From positions 1-34,350 of the forward strand of contig JADGGF010000001.1 of NCBI GenBank assembly GCA_019690055.1: 34,350 nucleotides of DNA. Direction: 5' to 3'. Positions 22,053-31,298 of the stretch are shown one piece after another; the stretch's first letter is position 1; each line of letters opens with the position of its first letter. Source of the stretch: Micromonosporaceae bacterium (GTDB lineage Bacteria; Actinomycetota; Actinomycetes; Mycobacteriales; Micromonosporaceae). Below the pieces are notes generated by a model. It did not search any database and was not told where the DNA came from. It saw nothing but the letters and a program-made list of their open reading frames with translations. Both the position numbers and the translations under genes were made by a program.

Positions 22053-22081
22053 CAGCTTGCCGGAGCGGAATCTGCGAGTAA
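22053..22081 (-). repeat. 29-nt element, copy B (minus strand reads TTACTCGCAGATTCCGCTCCGGCAAGCTG)
   Basis: 28 of 29 positions identical to 3115-3143 in inverted orientation. On the minus strand it ends 39 nt upstream of the patA-like GTG at 22013. Confidence 0.85.
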
Positions 22082-22112
22082 TTCCAGTGGATCGCGGGTC
22101 GCGCGCGGCGCG

Positions 22113-22132
22113 ACAGGGAACAACGTCCCGTA
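22113..22132. promoter_or_regulatory. DosR-type box (core GGGAACAACGTCCC, 22116-22129)
   Basis: 11 of 14 core positions match, with correct GGG-8 nt-CCC spacing. Located in the divergent spacer between the patA-like gene and the second acg-like gene. Confidence 0.5.
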
Positions 22133-22238
22133 TCGACGCCGACCATCGGCCCTGCTCGACGCGGGCCGTGAACGGTAGCATTCGTGCGACGTGGCGGTGT
22201 CGCCGGTCGCAAGCGCGGGTCGGAGGAGACGACAGACG

Positions 22239-23282
22239 ATGAACGAGCACACGCCGACCACGAACGAGCCGACCGCGAACGAGTCGCCCAGCAACGAGTC
22301 GATCGCGCCGGAGCAGGCGCCGACCGCCGATCTGGCGGCGGCCGCCCGCGTGGCCGGTCTCGCCCCGTCGATCCACAACACCCAGCCGTGGCGGTGGCGG
22401 GTCTCCGGCTCGACGCTGCAGCTGTGGGCGGTCCGCGAGCGCCAATTGTCGATCACCGATCCGCTCGGGCGGATGCTGACCATCAGCTGCGGCACGGCCC
22501 TGCACCACGCCCGCATCGCTCTGGCCGCCGAGGGTTGGCCGGTCGTCGTGCGCCGGCTTCCGGACCCGGCCCAGCCGGATCTGCTTGCCGAGACGAGCGT
22601 CGGGCCGCGCACCGACGTGACCCCGGAGGCCGTACGGCTGCTGCAGACCGCGCGGGTGCGCCGCACCGACCGCCGGCCGGTCAGCGACACCCCGGTCGAC
22701 CCCGTGGTCATCGAGCAGCTGCGGCGGGTGAGCGAGCGTGAGGGAGCCCGTCTGCATGTCCTGCGGCGGGACGACGCCATCGAGCTGGCCGGCGCGGCCA
22801 GCCGGGCCCAACGGGTGGAGGGCATGGATCCGGACTGGGCCGAGGAACTCGCCTACTGGGCCGGCGGCGACCGCCGCCACGGACTCGGTGTGCCCGACTC
22901 GGCCATCCCGAGCCAGCCACCGCCGACCACCGTTCCCGACCGGGACTTCGGCCCGACCGGCACGCTCCCCATTTGGCCCGGGCACGACCGCGAGGCCGTG
23001 TACGCGATCCTCTACGGCGACGAGGACAGCGCCCTGGCCTGGCTCCGGGCGGGCGAGGCGCTGTCCGCAGTCTGGCTCGACGCCATCCTGCACGGGCTGA
23101 CCGTGCTGCCGCTCAGTGCGGCAGTCGAGGTGCCGCAGACTCGGCAGGCGCTGCAGCGGATGCTCGCCGGCCTGGGCGAGCCGTTCCTGGTGCTGCGCAT
23201 CGGGGTCGGCGACGCCGACCATGTCGGACCGCCGCACACACCGCGTCTTCCGGCCGACCAGACCATCGAGATCGTGCCCTGA
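22239..23282 (+). CDS. Acg-family nitroreductase-like protein, second copy
   Basis: ORF 22191..23282(+). The ATG at 22239 follows [21 protein letters not shown] motif. Low-complexity N-terminus [13 protein letters not shown]. Confidence 0.8.
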   Translation: MNEHTPTTNEPTANESPSNESIAPEQAPTADLAAAARVAGLAPSIHNTQPWRWRVSGSTLQLWAVRERQLSITDPLGRMLTISCGTALHHARIALAAEGWPVVVRRLPDPAQPDLLAETSVGPRTDVTPEAVRLLQTARVRRTDRRPVSDTPVDPVVIEQLRRVSEREGARLHVLRRDDAIELAGAASRAQRVEGMDPDWAEELAYWAGGDRRHGLGVPDSAIPSQPPPTTVPDRDFGPTGTLPIWPGHDREAVYAILYGDEDSALAWLRAGEALSAVWLDAILHGLTVLPLSAAVEVPQTRQALQRMLAGLGEPFLVLRIGVGDADHVGPPHTPRLPADQTIEIVP

Positions 23283-23461
23283 CGCGGCCGGACATTATGG
23301 GCCCAGGCCGGTGGGGCGCCGGCCCCCGGGCCGTGGCGGCGCGCACCCTTCGTCCGCGAGTGCCGTTGGTCCCGTCGGTTGGGGTCCGCTGGCACTGCCA
23401 CGGCGGACGTAGCCGGGCGTCCAATGAGGTGTCGACGAATATCGCCATCCGGGAGGCCGCC

Positions 23462-24670
23462 ATGGCAGAGCTGGTCCTGCGCGACGTCACCAAAGTCTTC
23501 AAGGGCGGCGTGGTGGCCCTCGATCACGTGAACCTGACCGTCCACGATGGTGAGTTCGTGGTCTTCGTCGGGCCATCGGGCTGTGGCAAGTCGACGCTGC
23601 TGCGCCTGGTCGCCGGACTGGAGCAACTCACCTCGGGCACCATCGAGATCGATGGTCGAGTGGTCGACCTCGATCCGCCCCGCGACCGCGACGTCGCCAT
23701 GGTCTTCCAGAACTACGCCCTGTACCCCCACTACACGGTGGCCCAGAACATCGGCTTCAGCCTCCGGATGCGTCGCTACCCGAAGCGGGAGATCCAGGCG
23801 CGCAGCCTGGAGACTGCCCGCCTGCTGGGTCTGGAGGCGCTCATGGAGCGTCGCCCGTCCGCCCTGTCCGGTGGCCAGCGCCAGCGGGTCGCCATGGGGC
23901 GCGCGCTCGTGCGCCAACCGGCGCTGCTGCTCATGGACGAGCCGTTGTCCAACCTGGACGCCAAGCTCCGGGTGGCCATGCGGGGCGAGCTGGTCCGCCT
24001 GCACCAGCGCTACGGCACGACCACGCTCTACGTCACCCACGACCAGGTCGAGGCGATGACGCTCGGCGACCGCATCGCCGTGCTGGATCGGGGACGGTTG
24101 CAGCAGGTCGGTACGCCGGAGGAGCTGTACCGGCGTCCCTGCAACATCTTCGTGGCCGGATTCATCGGGTCCCCGGCGATGAACCTGGCCCGGGGACGCC
24201 TGGTCGCCACGGCGGATGGGGTCGACCTCGTAGCCGGACCCGTACGCGCGCCCCTGCCGGCCGGCTGGGAGCACCGGTGGCCGGGCCTGGTCGATCGCAC
24301 CGGTCGGGACAACGGGGCGGTCGCCGGCGGCGAGGTCGTCTTCGGGCTGCGCCCGCCCGCGTTCACCCTCGTCGCCTCAACGACCAACGATCCGTCGATC
24401 ATCGTGACCACGGCGGTGACCGTGGAGTCCCTGGGCGACGAGAAGAACGTGCTGTTCGTGCCGCCGTTCGGTGCCTACCAGCCGGACCGACCGGACGCGT
24501 CGGACGCTGAACCGCCGGCCCTGTGGACCGCCCGGATCGACCCCGACGCGCCGGTGCATTCCGGTGACCGGATCGCGCTTCGCATGGACCTGACCGCGGC
24601 CTACTTCTTCGACCCGCACACCGAACTGGCCATCCCGGCCGAGTCCCCTGCGCCAGCGCTAGCCTCATGA
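23462..24670 (+). CDS. MalK/UgpC/MsiK-type ABC transporter ATP-binding protein (orphan)
   Basis: Part of ORF 22973..24670(+). ATG at 23462 follows GGGAGG. Walker [10 protein letters not shown], signature LSGGQRQRV, Walker [13 protein letters not shown], and a C-terminal TOBE-like domain. No permease or binding-protein gene is nearby. Confidence 0.9.
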   Translation: MAELVLRDVTKVFKGGVVALDHVNLTVHDGEFVVFVGPSGCGKSTLLRLVAGLEQLTSGTIEIDGRVVDLDPPRDRDVAMVFQNYALYPHYTVAQNIGFSLRMRRYPKREIQARSLETARLLGLEALMERRPSALSGGQRQRVAMGRALVRQPALLLMDEPLSNLDAKLRVAMRGELVRLHQRYGTTTLYVTHDQVEAMTLGDRIAVLDRGRLQQVGTPEELYRRPCNIFVAGFIGSPAMNLARGRLVATADGVDLVAGPVRAPLPAGWEHRWPGLVDRTGRDNGAVAGGEVVFGLRPPAFTLVASTTNDPSIIVTTAVTVESLGDEKNVLFVPPFGAYQPDRPDASDAEPPALWTARIDPDAPVHSGDRIALRMDLTAAYFFDPHTELAIPAESPAPALAS

Positions 24671-24685
24671 CCAGGAGGTTTGAAC

Positions 24686-25579
24686 ATGATCGATAAAAAT
24701 CGAGACGTCGTCGTGGGCGTGGACGGCTCGGACTCGGCGCAGGGCGCGTTCGCCCACGGGGCCTGGGAGGCGCGGCGCCGCTCAGCCACGCTCCGGTTGG
24801 TGTACGTCTCCCATGTGCCGCCCCGGTACGTGACCGGCGTCGATCTGTCGGACGCCGACCGGACGGCCGGGGCCACGATGCTGGCGGAGTACGCCCAGCG
24901 GGCGCAGGCGGCGTACCCGGAGCTGCGCGTCGAGAGCGAGGTGCGGAGCGGTTCGCCCGGGGCTGCGCTCGTGACGGCGTCCCGGGACGCGGCGCTGGTC
25001 GTGGTCGGGTCGCGCGGACTGGGTGGCTTCGCGGGCCTGTTGCTCGGCTCGGTGGGCATGCAGCTGGCCGCGCACAGCGTCGCTCCGGTCATCGTCATGC
25101 GGCCGCCCAACGACCGCGGGAACCTCGGCTCCGCGCCGACCTCCGCGCCGGTCGTGGTGGGCGTCGACGGGATCCCCGAGAGCACGGCCGCGCTCGGATT
25201 CGCCTTCGAGGAGGCCTCGGCCCGCGGCGTCGGCCTCATCGCGACCTACGCGTGGTGGATGCTGCCCCCGAGCTCGCTCGGCCCGGAAACGCCCAGCAAG
25301 TACGACCTGGCCGAGGCGGAGGAGGCGGCGCGCCGGATGCTCGCCGAGGCGGTCGCCGGCTGGCGATCGCGGTACCCCGACGTCGACGTCACCCTGCGGC
25401 CGGAGCGCTCGCTGAACCCGGTCGTGGGTCTGCTGGAGCAGAGCCGTACGGCCGGCCTGCTGGTCGTCAGCCGGCACGGCGGCAACACGCTGAGCCGCCT
25501 GCTCTTCGCCTCAATCAGTGACACCGCGGTCCGCGAGGCGCACTGCCCGGTCGCTGTCGTGCCCGATCAGGCCGCGTAG
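24686..25579 (+). CDS. Tandem universal stress protein (Rv2623-like)
   Basis: ORF 24680..25579(+). The ATG at 24686 lies 7 nt after AGGAGG. Two USP halves (VVVGVDGSDSA...VVGSRGLGGFAGLLLGSV and VVVGVDGIPES...VVSRHGGNTLSRLLFASISD). Confidence 0.85.
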   Translation: MIDKNRDVVVGVDGSDSAQGAFAHGAWEARRRSATLRLVYVSHVPPRYVTGVDLSDADRTAGATMLAEYAQRAQAAYPELRVESEVRSGSPGAALVTASRDAALVVVGSRGLGGFAGLLLGSVGMQLAAHSVAPVIVMRPPNDRGNLGSAPTSAPVVVGVDGIPESTAALGFAFEEASARGVGLIATYAWWMLPPSSLGPETPSKYDLAEAEEAARRMLAEAVAGWRSRYPDVDVTLRPERSLNPVVGLLEQSRTAGLLVVSRHGGNTLSRLLFASISDTAVREAHCPVAVVPDQAA

Positions 25580-25655
25580 CCCAGCCAGGCCGCCGAGCCC
25601 GATCAGGCCACAGTGGACACCACGCCCGTCCGATCGACTCCATTGAGGAGCAGTG

Positions 25656-28031
25656 ATGCGTGTCGTTCCCGGTAATCCCCTCACCGAGACGGAGCTGAGC
25701 CAGCTCGACGCGCACTGGCGCGCGGCGAACTATCTGGCGGTCGGCCAGATCTACCTGATGGCCAATCCCCTGCTGCGCGAGCCCTTGCAGCCCGACCACG
25801 TCAAGCCGCGCCTGCTCGGCCACTGGGGCACGACCCCCGGGCTCAATCTCGTCTACACCCACCTCAACCGGATCGTCACCCGCCGCCAGCGGCCGACGAT
25901 CTACATCGCCGGACCGGGGCACGGCGGCCCGGCGATGGTGGCCAACGTCTGGCTCGAGGGCACGTACAGCGAGATCTACCCGGCGGTGAGCCGGGATGAG
26001 CGCGGCATGGCCCGACTGTTCCGCCAGTTCTCGTTCCCCGGCGGGGTGCCCAGCCACGTGGCCCCGGAGACGCCCGGCTCGATCCACGAGGGCGGCGAGC
26101 TGGGGTACTCGCTGGCCCACGCCTTCGGCGCGGCCTTCGACAACCCCGACCTGATCGTGGCCTGCGTGATCGGCGACGGCGAGGCCGAGACCGGGCCCCT
26201 GGCCACCGCCTGGCACTCCAACAAGTTCCTTGACCCGACTGGGGACGGCGCCGTGCTGCCCATCCTCCACCTGAACAGTTACAAGATCGCCAATCCGACC
26301 ATCCTCGCCCGAATCGGCGACGAGGAACTGGATGCGCTGCTGACCGGGTACGGCTACCGCCCCTATCTGGTTGAGGGCAGCGAACCGCCCCAGGTCCACC
26401 AGCGCCTGGCGGCGGCACTGGACGAGGTGATCGACGAGATCGACCGAATTCAGCGGGCGGCGCGCGTCGACGGCCGTACCGACCGTCCTCAGTGGCCAAT
26501 GATCGTGCTGCGGACGCCGAAAGGCTGGACCGGGCCGAAGACAGTGAGCGACCGTCCGGTCGAGGGCACCTGGCGTTCCCACCAGGTGCCCCTGAGCGCG
26601 GCCCGGGAGGACCCGGAGCAGTTACTCCAGCTCGAGGAGTGGCTGCGCTCCTACCGGCCGGAGGAGCTGTTCGACGAGGCCGGAGCGCCCCGACCGGAGG
26701 TGGTCGGCTGGCTGCCCACCGGCGACCTGCGGATGGGGGCGAACCCGCACGCCAACGGCGGCCGGCTCACCCGACCGCTGGAGCTGCCCGACTTCCGCGC
26801 CTACGCGGTGAAGGTCGACGTGCCCGGCGCCACCACGGCGGAGCCCACCCGCGTGCTGGGGGCCTGGCTGCGGGATGTGGTCGTGGCCAACGAGCCCTAC
26901 CGCAACTTCCGCATCGTCGGGCCGGACGAGACCGAGTCCAACCGCCTCGGCGCCGTACTGGAGGCGACCGACAAGGTCTGGCGGGCCGCTGTATCCGATG
27001 TGGACGAACACCTCGGGAGGTCCGGTCGGGTCATGGAGATCCTCTCCGAGCACACCTGCCAGGGTTGGCTGGAGGGGTACCTGCTCACCGGCCGGCACGG
27101 CCTCTTCTCGTGCTACGAGGCGTTCGTGCACATCGTGGACTCGATGGTCAACCAGCACGCCAAATGGCTCAAGTCCACCCAGGAGCTACCGTGGCGGGCC
27201 CCGATCCCGTCGCTGAACTACCTGCTCACCTCACACGTATGGCGGCAGGACCACAACGGCTTCTCCCACCAGGACCCCGGGTTCATCGACTTCATCGTCA
27301 ACAAGAAGGGCAACGTGGTGCGGGTCTACCTGCCACCGGACGCCAACACCCTGCTGTCGGTCACCGACCACTGCCTGCGCTCGCGCGACTACATCAACGT
27401 CATCGTCGCCGGCAAGCAACCCGGACCGTCCTGGTTGGACATCGAGACGGCACACCTGCACTGCGCCCGCGGCATCGGCATCTGGGAATGGGCCTCCACC
27501 GACCACGCCGAACCCGACGTCGTGCTCGCCTGCGCCGGCGACGTGCCCACCCTGGAGACCCTGGCCGCCGCCGACCTGCTGCACACATACCTGCCCGACC
27601 TGCGGTTCCGGCTGGTCAACGTAGTCGACCTCATGCGGCTGAACTCCCCCAGCGAGCACCCGCACGGCCTGTCCGACGCCGAGTTCGATGCGATCTTCAC
27701 CACCGACAAGCCGATCATCTTCGCCTACCACGGCTACCCGTGGCTGATCCACCGGCTCACCTACCGCCGTACCGGGCACGCCAACCTGCACGTACGCGGC
27801 TACAAGGAGGAGGGCACCACCACGACCCCGTTCGACATGGTCGTCCGCAACGATATGGACCGCTACCACCTCGTCATGGACGTCATCGACCGCGTGCCCG
27901 GGCTGGCCCGCCAGGCGGCGGCCGTCCGCCAGCTCATGGTGGACCAGCGGCTGCGCCACCACGAGTACGTACGCCGGACCGGCCTGGACCTCCCGGAGGT
28001 CCGCGAGTGGACGTGGCGCGGCCTGGCGTAG
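25656..28031 (+). CDS. xfp: Phosphoketolase (xylulose-5-P/fructose-6-P)
   Basis: About 791 aa. [37 protein letters not shown] and GDGEAETGP are XFP signature blocks. GTG at 25653 is the alternative start. Confidence 0.9.
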   Translation: MRVVPGNPLTETELSQLDAHWRAANYLAVGQIYLMANPLLREPLQPDHVKPRLLGHWGTTPGLNLVYTHLNRIVTRRQRPTIYIAGPGHGGPAMVANVWLEGTYSEIYPAVSRDERGMARLFRQFSFPGGVPSHVAPETPGSIHEGGELGYSLAHAFGAAFDNPDLIVACVIGDGEAETGPLATAWHSNKFLDPTGDGAVLPILHLNSYKIANPTILARIGDEELDALLTGYGYRPYLVEGSEPPQVHQRLAAALDEVIDEIDRIQRAARVDGRTDRPQWPMIVLRTPKGWTGPKTVSDRPVEGTWRSHQVPLSAAREDPEQLLQLEEWLRSYRPEELFDEAGAPRPEVVGWLPTGDLRMGANPHANGGRLTRPLELPDFRAYAVKVDVPGATTAEPTRVLGAWLRDVVVANEPYRNFRIVGPDETESNRLGAVLEATDKVWRAAVSDVDEHLGRSGRVMEILSEHTCQGWLEGYLLTGRHGLFSCYEAFVHIVDSMVNQHAKWLKSTQELPWRAPIPSLNYLLTSHVWRQDHNGFSHQDPGFIDFIVNKKGNVVRVYLPPDANTLLSVTDHCLRSRDYINVIVAGKQPGPSWLDIETAHLHCARGIGIWEWASTDHAEPDVVLACAGDVPTLETLAAADLLHTYLPDLRFRLVNVVDLMRLNSPSEHPHGLSDAEFDAIFTTDKPIIFAYHGYPWLIHRLTYRRTGHANLHVRGYKEEGTTTTPFDMVVRNDMDRYHLVMDVIDRVPGLARQAAAVRQLMVDQRLRHHEYVRRTGLDLPEVREWTWRGLA

Positions 28032-28036
28032 GTTGC

Positions 28037-28090
28037 GTCAGGAAGGACGCCCTCTTGACGCCTAATGACCAGGAGGGCGTCCTTCCTGAC
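28037..28090. terminator. Perfect 18-bp-stem hairpin GTCAGGAAGGACGCCCTC / GAGGGCGTCCTTCCTGAC (18-nt loop)
   Basis: Arms at 28037-28054 and 28073-28090, starting 6 nt after the xfp stop and followed by ACTTTGTC. Flanked by 10-bp direct repeats (see findings). Confidence 0.5.
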
Positions 28091-28122
28091 ACTTTGTCGG
28101 TGCCCGCTCGTAGGTTGCCGGC

Positions 28123-29091
28123 ATGGCAAGTCCCTCCAGCCCGCACGATGCGGTGTTCCGTCTGGTCCTGGGTGAGCCGGCGAACGGGGCCTCGCAACTG
28201 CGGGCGGTGCTGCCGGCGGGCCTGGTCGATCGGCTCGACCTGTCGCGCTTGGCCCAGGTCTCCGGAAGTTTCGTTGATGAGGCGCTGCAGTGGCGTCACT
28301 CCGATCTGCTGTTCACCGTCCCGTTGGATGGCCGTGATGCCTTTATCTATGTGCTGATCGAGCATCAGAGCAGTGAGGACCCGTTGATGCCGGTGCGGAT
28401 GCTGCGGTACGTGGTGCGTATCTGGGACCGGTACCTGTCCGAGCATCCGGGGGTGACCCGGCTGCCGGCGGTGATCCCGCTGGTCGTGCACCACAACCGG
28501 CGCCCCTGGACCGGCTCGACCCAGCTATTGGACCTGCTTGACCTCGACGCACCCGCCATCGACGCGGTCCAGGATTACCTGCCCCGGTTCCGGTTCATCC
28601 TCGACGATCTGGCCCGCCTGGACGCGCAGGCGCTGCGCGCCCGGCCGGTGACCCCACTGGTGCGCATCACCCTGCTGGTGCTCAAGATCGCCCCCGGCAA
28701 CCCGGAACTGCCCCAGGACCTGCAGCCCTTCGTCGACGACCTGCGCGCGATCCTGGACCAGCCCGGCGGCACCGCCAAGTTTGTCGCCCTGCTGAGATAC
28801 ATTGAGTCAGTCGGTGAAGCGCCCCCCGACGAGTTGCGCAAACTGGTCGCCATGCTGGGTCCGGACGCAGAGGAGGCCTACGTGACCACCGCCGAAATGC
28901 TCCGCGCCGAGGGGCGGGCCGAAGGTCGTGCCGAGGGGCGGGCGGAGGCGCTCGTGCAGCTGCTGACCCTCAAGTTCGGACCCCTGCCCCAATCCGCACT
29001 CGACGCCGTACACGCCGCCTCCACCGAGCAACTCCAGACCTGGACCGCCCGCGTCCTGTCCGCCAACACCCTCGACGAGGTACTCGGCTGA
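28123..29091 (+). CDS. Rpn-family (YhgA/Transposase_31-like) PD-(D/E)XK recombination-promoting nuclease
   Basis: 322 aa. HDAVFRLVL, DLLFTV...YVLIEHQSSEDPLMPVRMLRY and the C-terminal AEGRAEGRAEGRAE repeat are typical of the family. Confidence 0.8.
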   Translation: MASPSSPHDAVFRLVLGEPANGASQLRAVLPAGLVDRLDLSRLAQVSGSFVDEALQWRHSDLLFTVPLDGRDAFIYVLIEHQSSEDPLMPVRMLRYVVRIWDRYLSEHPGVTRLPAVIPLVVHHNRRPWTGSTQLLDLLDLDAPAIDAVQDYLPRFRFILDDLARLDAQALRARPVTPLVRITLLVLKIAPGNPELPQDLQPFVDDLRAILDQPGGTAKFVALLRYIESVGEAPPDELRKLVAMLGPDAEEAYVTTAEMLRAEGRAEGRAEGRAEALVQLLTLKFGPLPQSALDAVHAASTEQLQTWTARVLSANTLDEVLG

Positions 29092-29169
29092 ACTGCCTTG
29101 ACCGGCTGGTAGCAGCCCCGACGGGTCGGACAACCGCCGGCTGGCCGGGCTCGAAAGACAATCCGCCGC

Positions 29170-29931
29170 TCAGCCGAGCGCGATCGCGACGAGCAGCAGG
29201 ACCGACGCGACGATCTCGATGATGCCGACCTGCTTGGGAGTCAGGCGCCGCCGCGGGAATATGGCGGCTCGGGCCAGCAGGCCGGCGAACAGGATCGCGA
29301 CCGGGGCCCGGAACCAGGCGGCCAGGGCGAGGATCGCCAGGTGGTAGCCGACGCTGGCGCGGTAGTAGCCGGCGTGGCCACGCTCGCGGATCATCGTCTT
29401 GACATAGAGAACTGTACCGACGAAGTACGCCGTCGCCGCGAGGAAGGCCGGCAGGACCCGGTCGAGCGGTGCCCCGGCGACGGTCGCGCACACGAGGACC
29501 ATGAGACAGCTCTGCGCGACCGACGCGAGGTCGTTGGCCAGGGCGCGTTCCCGGCGGCGCAGCGCGTAGGCGGCGTTGACGGCGAGCAGGCCAGCGTAGG
29601 CCGGGGCGTACCACAGCACCGGCGGGCGCAGCGCGACGACCAGGCCACCCAGCAGGACGGTCGGGATGGCGTACGTGACGAGCTGGGCGCGGAACCGGCC
29701 GGGGCGCCGGGTCTTGACCGCCTGGAACACGTAGTAGCTCGCCAGGTAACCGGCCAGCCAGGCGCCGAGCAACGGCACGTGGGGCCAGCGGAATCCGGCG
29801 GTCAACACGCCCGCGAGCCAGGGCACCAGGAGCATGGCCCAGGCGCCGTGCTGCGGCGGGATGTACTGGCGCAGGGTGCGCCGAGCCCGGGGCCGGTGGG
29901 GCTTGACCGCGGTCGGTGCCCGCGTAGTCAC
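29170..29931 (-). CDS. YwiC-like family membrane protein
   Basis: 253 aa. N-terminal IPPQHGAWAMLLVPWLAG resembles the YwiC-like signature, and the protein is polytopic. The GTG at 29931 overlaps the TGA of the nirK ORF (GTGA). Confidence 0.6.
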   Translation of the reverse strand: MTTRAPTAVKPHRPRARRTLRQYIPPQHGAWAMLLVPWLAGVLTAGFRWPHVPLLGAWLAGYLASYYVFQAVKTRRPGRFRAQLVTYAIPTVLLGGLVVALRPPVLWYAPAYAGLLAVNAAYALRRRERALANDLASVAQSCLMVLVCATVAGAPLDRVLPAFLAATAYFVGTVLYVKTMIRERGHAGYYRASVGYHLAILALAAWFRAPVAILFAGLLARAAIFPRRRLTPKQVGIIEIVASVLLLVAIALG

Positions 29932-31298
29932 GACGCCGCCTCCACCGCGATGACGCCCCGCGCCCCGCGCTCGGCGTCGACCATGCTGTGGCTCACGAAC
30001 GGGTAGTGACCCGGCTCGGCCAGCACGGTCTCCACGAACCCGCCCGCGGCGGGCGCGAGGTCGAGCACCTGAGCGCCGCCGGGGTCCCCGGGTCGCAGCT
30101 CGTAGCGGCCCTCCCGGTAGACCGTGTCGAACTGGGCCCCGACGATGTGGAAGGCGCTGCTGCGGTTGGGGCCGGCGTTGAGGACCCAGATCCGCACCCG
30201 CTCGCCGGCGGTGGCGGCCAGCGGCCGATGCACGTACTGGGACACGTAGCCGTTGAAGACGACCGCGTCCGGCCGCTCGGCCTGCATCGCGGCGTAGTCA
30301 CCCGGCTCGCCCTCAGGGCCGAGGTAGAACTCGGACTGGACGAGGACGTACTCACGGTCGACGGCCGGCAGGTCGGGTGGGTCGATGATGACCGCACCGT
30401 ACATGCCGTTGCCGACGTGCATCAGCATCGGCATCGTGGAACAGTGGTACATCCAGATGCCCGCCTTTGTAGCGGTAAACCGGTAGGTGAGCCGCTCGCC
30501 GGGCTCGATGGGTCGCATCGGCTCGTCCGGCGCGAGGGCGCCGGCGTGGAAGTCGATGCCGTGGTCGACGGTGCCGTCGTTGACCAGGGTGATCTCGAAG
30601 GTATCACCGACCCGGCCCCGCAGCACGGGCCCCGGCGCGGTGCCGTTGAACGTCCACAACCGCTGCGTCACGCCGGGCGCCACCTCCCGGACGACTTCCT
30701 GCACACGCAGCTCGAGCCGGTGCAGCCGCTCCGGGGCGACGGCGGGGGCGGTCGCGTCGCGGGCGACGAAGTCCGGGCCCGGATCGGCCATTGCGTCGAT
30801 CCGCGGTGGCCCGCTCGCACTCCCGCTCGGTTCCCCGGTGTGGTGGTGCTCGTCGCCGGACCCGGAGACCTCGATGGTCAGCGTCATGCCGGCCTGACGG
30901 TGCCCCGGCAGGGAGCACCAGCCCTCGACGGTGCCGCCGATGATCCCGGCGTCGAGGCGGGCGGTGCCGCCGCGATCGATGGTTTCCGTGCGGGCGCCGT
31001 TGGCGAGCACGAGGTCGTGGCGACGGTTGTCGTGGTTGACGAGCTCGATGACGAGCCGGTCCCCGGCCGGCACGGTGATCCGGTCCGGGTGGTAGCGCAT
31101 TCCCTCGGCGACCACGGTCACGGTGGTGGTCCGTCCGGTCGCCGCGACCGGTGCGGCGAGCGCCGAGGACCCGCCGGCGGAAGGGTCGGTGAGATGTTGG
31201 CCGGCGACGCCGACCAGCACGGCCAGCAGGACCAGACCAACCCCGGCGGCGGCACTGCCGAGCGTCCGCCCGGGCGCCGGCACAGCATTGCTCGACAT
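29928..31298 (-). other. nirK: Cupredoxin-NirK portion of the long ORF (would be a 456-aa stand-alone NirK if translated from ATG 31298)
   Basis: MSSNAVPAPGRTLGSAAAGVGLVLLAVLVGVAG looks like a signal anchor. AAAGGA lies upstream of ATG 31298. Copper-ligand motifs as listed for the full ORF. Confidence 0.6.
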
